A stretch of DNA of 64,000 nt from Chloroflexota bacterium (GTDB taxonomy: Bacteria > Chloroflexota > UBA11872 > VXNJ01): positions 83,749 through 147,748 of the forward strand of contig JAPOWW010000007.1 in the NCBI GenBank assembly GCA_026707405.1. Reading direction: 5' to 3'. This document shows, one piece after another, positions 57,212 to 64,000 of the stretch (positions are counted from its first letter, which is position 1; each line of letters begins with the position of its first letter). Below the pieces are notes generated by a model. It made no database searches, was not told the DNA's origin, and was given only the letters and a program-made list of their open reading frames with translations. The position numbers were made by a program, and so were the translations under genes.

Positions 57212-58264
57212 GTGGAATCAACTTCGGCGGAGCAGACCGCCTCATCTTCCCGGCGCGGGGGAGCCGCGCTATCCGCAGACCACTCGCCCGAGGTATCGGT
57301 CGTGGTCGACAACATGACCAAGCATTACGGCAAGCTTCGGGCGCTCGACGGCGTGAGCCTTGAGATACGCCGAGGCACGGTACTCGCCCTGCTAGGCCCC
57401 AATGGAGCGGGCAAGACCACGCTCGTGCGGATCCTCGCCGGCCTAATCCGTCCGGACTCCGGATTCGGCTCCGTGGCAGGCTTCGATGTCGTCAGAAACA
57501 GGACCGGCCTGCGCAACGCCATCGGACTCGCAGGACAGTTCGCGGCCGTCGATCAATTGCTTACCGGTCGCGAGAATCTGGAGCTTGTCGGGCGTCTCTA
57601 CCATCTCGGCCGCAAAGTCTCTCGCGAGCGGGCGTCGGCTCTTCTCCAACGCTTCGATTTGTCGGAAGCCGCCGACCGCATGGTCAAGACTTTTTCGGGA
57701 GGGATGCGCCGCCGGCTTGACCTGGCCGCCAGCCTGATCGCCAACCCCAGGGTGCTCTTTCTCGACGAGCCGACCACCGGGCTGGATCCGGCAAGCAGAA
57801 AAGACCTCTGGGACATGATTCGGAGCCTGGTCGAGGACGGAACCACTGTCCTTCTAACCACCCAGTACATGGAGGAGGCCGACCAGCTCGCCGACGACAT
57901 CGTCGTCCTGGATAGAGGCCAAGTCATCGCCCAGGGATCGGCCGCCGAGCTGAAGGCCCGCATAGGCGGCCAGTTCTTGTCTGTCCGGCTGAACGACCGC
58001 GGCGCTTTGAACCAGGCGGCCGAAGCCTTGTCAAGCTACGTGGATGAAACGCCACACGTTGACGAGGCTTCCGTGGAAATATCTGTTGCGATTACCAACG
58101 GTGGCCGGCGGCTGGCCGGAATAATCCGGGACTTCGACGAGGCCGGTATCGAGATCTCCGAGATCGGCATCCGCCAGCCCACGCTGGATGAAGTCTTCTT
58201 GAGCCTCACCGGCCAAACGGCCGAAAGTGCCGCGTCCCCCAACGGGACCGGCGAGGGAGTCTGA
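57212..58264 (+). CDS. ABC transporter ATP-binding protein (ABC-2/DrrA-like exporter)
   Basis: GTG start. Walker A LLGPNGAGKTTL, signature FSGGMRRRLDLA, Walker B VLFLDEPTTGLD and H-loop are all present. Confidence 0.88.
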   Translation: MESTSAEQTASSSRRGGAALSADHSPEVSVVVDNMTKHYGKLRALDGVSLEIRRGTVLALLGPNGAGKTTLVRILAGLIRPDSGFGSVAGFDVVRNRTGLRNAIGLAGQFAAVDQLLTGRENLELVGRLYHLGRKVSRERASALLQRFDLSEAADRMVKTFSGGMRRRLDLAASLIANPRVLFLDEPTTGLDPASRKDLWDMIRSLVEDGTTVLLTTQYMEEADQLADDIVVLDRGQVIAQGSAAELKARIGGQFLSVRLNDRGALNQAAEALSSYVDETPHVDEASVEISVAITNGGRRLAGIIRDFDEAGIEISEIGIRQPTLDEVFLSLTGQTAESAASPNGTGEGV

Positions 58265-58267
58265 ATC

Positions 58268-59083
58268 GTGGCTAGCAACACACTCGTGCAGTCAAGGCTT
58301 CCGAACTTCGTAAAGGGAGAGCTGCGGTGGTTCATCCCGGACGTTGCCGCGATGACCATGCGAAACGTCCTTAGATACCGCAGGTCGCCCGACTTGCTCG
58401 TGTTCGCGACCATCCAGCCGGTTATCTTCGTGCTCCTGTTCACCTTCGTGTTCGGCGGTGCCATACAGACTGTCACCGACAACTACATCGACTACCTGCT
58501 TCCCGGAATTCTCGTGCAGACATCCTTGTTCGGAGCGACCAACACGGGTTTCGGACTCGCCCAGGACATAACTAGCGGACTGGTCGACCGCTACCGCTCC
58601 CTTCCCATGGCGCGCTCAGCGGTGATCGCCGGCCGCATCCTGGCCGACACCCTGCGAAACTTGTTCGTCATAACGTTGATGATCGGCGTCGGCTACGCGC
58701 TGGGATTTCGATTTCACACCGGCATCGGATACGCGATCGGCGTCGTCGCCACCCTCGCACTCTTCAGCCACGCGTTTTCCTGGATTTCGGCTTTCATCGG
58801 CATTTCTCTGAACGACGCCGAGACGGTGCAGGTGGCGGGATTCGTTTGGCTCTTCCCGCTCACGTTTATGAGCTCGGCCTTCGTGCCTGTGGCTACGATG
58901 CCCGATTGGCTTCAGGTGGTGGCGCAGGTCAACCCCGTCACCGTAACCGTCGACGCGTTGCGGGCCATGTCCCTCGGCTTCGGCGAAATATGGGGAAACC
59001 TTTGGCAGACCTTTGCGTGGGCGGTAGGAATCATCGTCGTCTTCGCCAGCCTGGCAATCACTCGCTACCGCCGCCTGACGTAG
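58268..59083 (+). CDS. ABC-2 family transporter permease
   Basis: 6-TM ABC-2 permease immediately downstream of the ATPase (4-nt spacing). Confidence 0.8.
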   Translation: MASNTLVQSRLPNFVKGELRWFIPDVAAMTMRNVLRYRRSPDLLVFATIQPVIFVLLFTFVFGGAIQTVTDNYIDYLLPGILVQTSLFGATNTGFGLAQDITSGLVDRYRSLPMARSAVIAGRILADTLRNLFVITLMIGVGYALGFRFHTGIGYAIGVVATLALFSHAFSWISAFIGISLNDAETVQVAGFVWLFPLTFMSSAFVPVATMPDWLQVVAQVNPVTVTVDALRAMSLGFGEIWGNLWQTFAWAVGIIVVFASLAITRYRRLT

Positions 59084-59168
59084 ACTGCGCCCGGTCCCGA
59101 TCACGCCCCACCTGCCTGCTTGGACCTGCGCGAGTGCCGAATTACAGATCCGCCGGTCGCTGGGACCG

Positions 59169-59579
59169 CTAGATGCCGGACAGCTCTATTTGCTCCTCGA
59201 GCACCTCGAGGCCGGGCTCGGCAGCCGGTGACTCGGAAATCTGAATACGGTCCCCGTCATGACGGCTTACCAGCTTGACGGGCAGCAGTTCGATGACGTG
59301 ATCCTCGATCGTTCTCACAGCCTTCTTATCGAGACCTCTCCCCACCACCTGAATACGCATCCGTCCGGCGTACTTGTAGAGCGTGATGATCACCGGTTCC
59401 ACCTGACTTCCGCCGCCCCCCTGGAACGCGAACCGCCCCTGCCACAACGCCACTGAATCCGAGTCGAGCGCGCGGGCCAGTCCGAACGAATTGAACTTCA
59501 GTTTCTGCTCGATCTCCTCGACCAGCCCTGCGGAAACCTCGCCATCGCCCTCGATCTTGACCAGGCTAAACACGCTCAC
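59169..59579 (-). CDS. small soluble partner protein of the upstream tandem-AAA+ ATPase (paralog of 42914-43345 C-terminal domain)
   Basis: The GTG start overlaps the ATPase TGA (GTGA). It shares ..(R)IQV.....VSRHD.. and surrounding residues with the other partner protein. No TM segment is present. Confidence 0.55.
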   Translation of the reverse strand: MSVFSLVKIEGDGEVSAGLVEEIEQKLKFNSFGLARALDSDSVALWQGRFAFQGGGGSQVEPVIITLYKYAGRMRIQVVGRGLDKKAVRTIEDHVIELLPVKLVSRHDGDRIQISESPAAEPGLEVLEEQIELSGI

Positions 59580-61339
59580 CGCGCACCCCTCCGCTGATTC
59601 CGCACCACCGCCGCTTCAAAGTCGGCGTTGCGGACCTGCGGCTCCTCGTGGTCGGCGGACCGAATCATCGCCTGAATCGCCGCTCGCTGACATAGCTCGG
59701 TAACGTCGCCTCCGCTCAATCCCTCCGTCCGCAGCGCGAGCCTGTTCGTGTCAACGTCGTCGGCCAGCGGCATGTCGCGTGTCTGGAGATCGAACAGCAG
59801 CTTGCGAAGCTCGGCCGTCGGAAGTCCGATCTCTATCTTCCTACCCAGCCGCCCTCCTCTCAGCAGCGCCGCATCGAGGATGTCCAGGCGGTTGGTCGCT
59901 CCCAGCACGAAAACGCCCGGCAGCGACTCCATCCCGTCGATCTCTTGCAAGAGCTGATTGACGACCCTGTTCATCGCTGGGTTGCTCATACCCGAGTCGC
60001 GGCTGGGCGCTATCGCGTCGATCTCATCCAGAAACACGATCGACGGTCTGTTCTCGCGGGCACGCGCAAACAGCTGCGCGATATTCTGTTCGGACTCGCC
60101 GACCCACTTCGAAATAACGTCCGATCCTTTTATAGGATAGAAACTCGCGTTGGCTTCAGCCGCCAGCACCTTGGCGAGCATCGTTTTGCCGGTGCCCGGC
60201 GGCCCGTAGAGGACCGCACCGGCGGGCGCTCTGATCCCAAACGCCCTGGCGCGCTCGGGGTCTTCGATGAGCCTCGTTATCTCTTGCAGCTCCTGCTTCG
60301 TTTCCGCCGGCAGGATCACGTCGTCCCACGACCAGTCGCGCACGCTCGGCCGGTCTTGTCCACCGCTCGACTTGATCGCCCTCTCCAGCGCCGCCTGGGT
60401 TATCAGTCCGTGGTCGAAATACTCGCTCCCAGGCATCAGGGTTTCGAGTGCGCAGCGGTTCACCAATCCGGAAATGCCGCTGGCCGACATACCCTCCGAA
60501 CGTCTCCCTAGTTCATCGAAATCGACCGCTGGACCAAGTCGTCTGCCCTTGAGTTGAGTGCGGAAAATCGCCGCGCGGGCGTCCTCGTCGGGAAAGTTGA
60601 CTCGGATCAAAAGGTCGAAATGACGCGCCCGCACCACCGCCGGGTCAAGCTGGCTCAGGTCATCAGTCGCCGCCATCACTATCACGTCGTGGTCGTCGTT
60701 GACGTTTTCCAGCCCGCTCAGCAAGTGCGAAAGGAATCGGCGGGCATTCTGCCCGCGTGACGGGTTGTCGGACGGACCCGCGACCTGATCGAACTCATCG
60801 AACAGCAGCAACATCGGCGCGTTCCGCCGGGCGTAATCGAACACCTCGGCAAAAAACCGGACTGGATTCGTGAGGGAAATCAGATCGGCGCAGTCGACCT
60901 GGAGGAAGCTGGCTCCAAACTCGCCCGCGGTGGCCTGCGCTAGGAACGTCTTGCCGCTTCCGCGCGGGCCATGCAGAAGCACGCCGTTGAAGACAATCCG
61001 GCGGGCGTGAGCCTCGTCGATGAACGCCAGCAGCATTCCAACGGCGTCCCTGATCTTCTGCTTCTCGTCGGCCATTCCGCCGACGCCTGCAAACGTCGGA
61101 CAGTCCCACGGCGGAGTGGCGACCGGAGTGGGCCGGGCAGGCTCTTTGGGAGCCGCAGACCTCTCTTTGTTTCGGGGCGACCTCACTCTTTCACGGTCGT
61201 CCTTTGACCTTCCGACGCGGGATCTTGACGAGGACTCATGCGTCGGACGCGCGGCGGTTGGCGGCGGACGATCCAATCTGGAGTCGGCAGCCTGACCCTT
61301 ACCCTTACGCTTCCGCGATCGCAACCAGCCCGCCAACAT
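59576..61339 (-). CDS. tandem-AAA+ ATPase, soluble paralog with a basic, disordered N-terminus
   Basis: D1 is Walker-A-variant HGPRGSGKT with Walker B LFDEFDQ. D2 is YGPPGTGKT and VFLDEIDA. It shares the P(W/F)(D/E)CPTxxxVGGM and RDWSWDDVILP...LQEITRLIED motifs with 43345-46020. Confidence 0.8.
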   Translation of the reverse strand: MLAGWLRSRKRKGKGQAADSRLDRPPPTAARPTHESSSRSRVGRSKDDRERVRSPRNKERSAAPKEPARPTPVATPPWDCPTFAGVGGMADEKQKIRDAVGMLLAFIDEAHARRIVFNGVLLHGPRGSGKTFLAQATAGEFGASFLQVDCADLISLTNPVRFFAEVFDYARRNAPMLLLFDEFDQVAGPSDNPSRGQNARRFLSHLLSGLENVNDDHDVIVMAATDDLSQLDPAVVRARHFDLLIRVNFPDEDARAAIFRTQLKGRRLGPAVDFDELGRRSEGMSASGISGLVNRCALETLMPGSEYFDHGLITQAALERAIKSSGGQDRPSVRDWSWDDVILPAETKQELQEITRLIEDPERARAFGIRAPAGAVLYGPPGTGKTMLAKVLAAEANASFYPIKGSDVISKWVGESEQNIAQLFARARENRPSIVFLDEIDAIAPSRDSGMSNPAMNRVVNQLLQEIDGMESLPGVFVLGATNRLDILDAALLRGGRLGRKIEIGLPTAELRKLLFDLQTRDMPLADDVDTNRLALRTEGLSGGDVTELCQRAAIQAMIRSADHEEPQVRNADFEAAVVRNQRRGAR

Positions 61340-61664
61340 TCACCCCCCTGATCACGAACATGGCTCCGCGGGCGGCTAAGCGCCGTAATGCAACCCCGGC
61401 GATTACGCGCAAACGCCTTTAAACAGAATAAACCAGACACATCATAGGCAAGCGGTCAGAGGAACTTCCGCCACTTCCTCGCTCATCAAGCTCCGACACA
61501 ATCTGCCGCCTTCCTCTAGATTGGTGCCTGATTTGACTGAAACATATTGACAGAAAACAGCCCACTCCCTCACGTATACTGGCTCAGCGGAATGCCTCGA
61601 CCGGCCTCGTCTGTTCTCTACTGGGCCGGAGTTTGGGCATACGGCGGATAGAGCGAAGAACCCG

Positions 61665-62444
61665 ATGACCTACCTTCACGCTTTAACGACGATATTCGTC
61701 CTGCATTTTCGGGGCAACGCGAATCTGTGGATCGTCTTTGGCGTTTCCCTCAGCATTGTGCCCCTTATCGCTGTCATCACCTGGATAACCACGCAGAGCC
61801 CGGATTCGCAGCCGATAGCGTACATATCGGTCGGCGTGATTCTCATGGCGATGTGGCAGACCTGCGTCTTTTTTTCAGGCCGGTCGTTGGCGTCGGAATT
61901 CTATGAGGGAACGGTCGACTACACGATGGTTTCGCGCATTCCGCTAAGGGTCGTGATGCTGGTCAAATCGGTAGCGACTCTGGCCATAGCTATTCCCAGT
62001 TCTCTAATCGCCTTTGCCACGGTCCAGATTGTTTCCAGGGAGCTGATCGACGTGGAGCGGCCGCTGTTCCTGCTAGTCTCGATGTTGGTCGCCGCCTGGA
62101 GCATCACCGTGGTCGGCTACTTGTTCGCCCCGCTATTCGTGCTGGTGCAGGGGCGCGGAGGTTTCTTCAATGCCTTCCAACCCCTTGGTATCGTCCTGAG
62201 CGGATTCCTCTATCCAATTTCGCAGCTCTCTGATGAAGTTCAGATCGTCGCGCGCTTGCTGCCTACTTCTTGGGCGATGGACAGTGTTACCCGTTCGATA
62301 GAGCCTGGAGAATCTCTCGTCAGGATTTACGCCGACTGGGGAGCGGCGCTGGGAGTGTCTGTCGTGATGCTGGCGGCAACGCTGTTCATGTTCAGCAAGG
62401 TTGAAAACACGCTGCGGCGGAATGGAAACGTCGGTAGGTTCTGA
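61665..62444 (+). CDS. ABC-2 family transporter permease
   Basis: 259-aa polytopic membrane protein of ABC-2 topology. Part of a permease-permease-ATPase cluster. Confidence 0.68.
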   Translation: MTYLHALTTIFVLHFRGNANLWIVFGVSLSIVPLIAVITWITTQSPDSQPIAYISVGVILMAMWQTCVFFSGRSLASEFYEGTVDYTMVSRIPLRVVMLVKSVATLAIAIPSSLIAFATVQIVSRELIDVERPLFLLVSMLVAAWSITVVGYLFAPLFVLVQGRGGFFNAFQPLGIVLSGFLYPISQLSDEVQIVARLLPTSWAMDSVTRSIEPGESLVRIYADWGAALGVSVVMLAATLFMFSKVENTLRRNGNVGRF

Positions 62445-63240
62445 AGTGGCGGCGGCTCTACACAACATCGCCCTGCAGGCCTACTACTCGTACAAAGGCC
62501 TGTTCCTGTGGCTGAACTGGACGGCATACATCTCCAACGTCTTCATCGCCCCTGTTGTGTTCGTCGTAATTGTCACTCTGACCGGCAGGTTCGCGGGGCA
62601 GTCGGACTCGGCAAATGCCTACATCATCGGAATGGCCGCATATGCGATACCCGCGATTCTCTCCGGGGGCATTCTGCAGTCCTTCTGCTACGAGCGGACA
62701 TTCGGGACCCTCTCGCTCATATACGCCTCTCGGTCGAACCGGTGGGTCACCTACTGGAGTAAGGGGCTCTTGCACTATCCCAACGGTCTGCTCGCCGCCG
62801 CAACGTCGCTGCTCTTCGGGTGGTTGCTGCTCGATCTGGACTTTTCCAGGCTCAACTGGCCCGCTCTTGTCGTCCTGCTCCTGGTGATCTCCTTTTCCTG
62901 CCTGTGTCTCTGCCTGTTCGTGGGCAATTTTTCGATCGCCTTGCGCGAGTGGATCATCCCGGTCGGCATCACCAACGGACTTCTGCTTATCACGTCAGGC
63001 GTGGTGGTCCCCGTCGACCAGTTGCCGGGGTTTCTCGGAGAGATAGGTCGAGTCGTGCCCCTGACGCATGGACTTTCCGCGCTTCGGGAAGCCTTCGAGG
63101 GAGCCAGTTTGGGAGACTTGGTTGACGACATCGTCTACGAGCTGGTGGTTGGCCTCTGCTATCTACTCGCTGGCGGATTTCTGTTTAGCCTGCTAGAGGC
63201 CAACGCGAAGCGGACAGGGACCTACGAAAGCGCGATCTAG
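62401..63240 (+). CDS. ABC-2 family transporter permease
   Basis: 279-aa polytopic membrane protein overlapping the previous permease gene. Confidence 0.68.
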   Translation: MKTRCGGMETSVGSEVAAALHNIALQAYYSYKGLFLWLNWTAYISNVFIAPVVFVVIVTLTGRFAGQSDSANAYIIGMAAYAIPAILSGGILQSFCYERTFGTLSLIYASRSNRWVTYWSKGLLHYPNGLLAAATSLLFGWLLLDLDFSRLNWPALVVLLLVISFSCLCLCLFVGNFSIALREWIIPVGITNGLLLITSGVVVPVDQLPGFLGEIGRVVPLTHGLSALREAFEGASLGDLVDDIVYELVVGLCYLLAGGFLFSLLEANAKRTGTYESAI

Positions 63241-63275
63241 GATGACTTGCTCTCGGCCATGAGAGAAGATTTGCT

Positions 63276-64000
63276 TTGAACAGAGACTTCGCTATCGAAT
63301 GTGAACGCCTCAGCCGCATCTATCGGTCGGGGTCGATACCTGGAAGAGGTCGGGAAACCCCGGCCTTGACCGACTTGACCATGCAAGTGCCTAAAGCCGT
63401 GGTATTCGGGCTCCTTGGTCCCAACGGCGCCGGCAAGACCACGACGATCAGGATTCTCTCCACCCTCCTGGCCCCGACCAGCGGCAGCGCCCGCGTGCTC
63501 GGATACGACGTCGTCAAGCAGGCGAAGCAGGTCAGAGAGCGAATCGGATTCATCCTCGGCGGCGACCGTGGTCTCTATGGCAGGCTGACCGGCAAGCAGA
63601 ACGTCCGATACTTCGGCGCGCTCAACCGCCTCAACCCCAAGACTGCCAAGCGCCGGGGCGACGAGCTTCTGGAGCGGGTCGGACTAGCCGCGGCCGCCGA
63701 CACATTGGTCGAAGAGTATTCCAGGGGTATGAAGCAGCGGCTGCATATCGCGCGTGGGCTTCTGACCGATCCCGAGGTGATATTCATGGACGAGCCGACA
63801 ATCGGTCTCGATCCGATGGGAGCCCAAGAGCTCCGCCAATATATTCCCGAGCTTGTCGGTCAAGGCAAGACAATCCTGCTGACAACGCATTACATGCTCG
63901 AAGCCGACATGCTGTGCGACGAGATTGCCCTCATCGACCATGGCAGACTGGTCGCGTTGGGTACGCCCGACGAAATCAAACGAAACTTCAGCCGGCTGAC
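63276..64000 (+). CDS. ABC transporter ATP-binding protein (partial, continues beyond window end)
   Basis: Walker A LLGPNGAGKTTT, signature YSRGMKQRLHIA, Walker B VIFMDEPTIGLD and H-loop LTTHYM are present. The ORF is open to the window end. Probable TTG start at 63276. Confidence 0.8.
   Translation, partial: MNRDFAIECERLSRIYRSGSIPGRGRETPALTDLTMQVPKAVVFGLLGPNGAGKTTTIRILSTLLAPTSGSARVLGYDVVKQAKQVRERIGFILGGDRGLYGRLTGKQNVRYFGALNRLNPKTAKRRGDELLERVGLAAAADTLVEEYSRGMKQRLHIARGLLTDPEVIFMDEPTIGLDPMGAQELRQYIPELVGQGKTILLTTHYMLEADMLCDEIALIDHGRLVALGTPDEIKRNFSRL

Noticed and set aside
1-64000. Search for CRISPR arrays, tRNA/rRNA genes, integrases and transposases
   Set aside because: No regularly spaced direct repeats, no tRNA-like cloverleaf/T-loop (GTTCGAATC-type) candidates, and no recombinase motifs were found in any frame. 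The only mobile-like signals are the compositional island and the small dispersed repeats.

Overview
This is a ~64 kb, high-GC bacterial chromosomal segment. Its gene content (several enolase-superfamily, Gfo/Idh/MocA and sulfatase genes, a DarA-tmk pairing, and an abundant 'SLSKGE/FDRLRANG'-type intergenic repeat) suggests a Chloroflexota-like or actinobacteria-like organism; this is inference, not verified. Core genes recognised: groEL, thrC, a ccdA-like gene, pheA, rfbB, tmk-darA, pdxS-pdxT, lysC, glnK-amt, pckA, a P1B-type metal ATPase, a PAS histidine kinase plus receiver, and two ABC-2 exporter sets. No rRNA, tRNA, CRISPR array, integrase or transposase was found.

Accessory content worth a second look:
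- Two paralogous, translationally coupled two-gene modules (42914-46020 and 59169-61339). Each pairs a tandem-AAA+ ATPase with a small partner protein sharing a conserved C-terminal region. The first ATPase carries a multi-TM N-terminal domain. This is my best candidate for an undescribed system.
- A visibly lower-GC ~4 kb island (about 36.9-41.25 kb). It holds a DUF4065/Panacea-type antitoxin followed by a RelE/ParE-like toxin, a secreted thermonuclease, small ORFs, and a protein with an unrecognised Cys-containing domain.
- That ~60-aa 'WPTxC...NDHRNDV' domain occurs four times in three anchored proteins.
- Three tandem zinc-ribbon-CPBP (CAAX/Abi-type) intramembrane protease paralogs (48230-51522).
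- A dispersed palindromic intergenic repeat family and a repeated 24-nt palindrome.
- Several probable gene remnants: an ABC ATPase C-terminus, a truncated K+ channel and a frameshifted 2Fe-2S ferredoxin.

Many long antisense ORFs in the track are GC-driven artefacts and were rejected.
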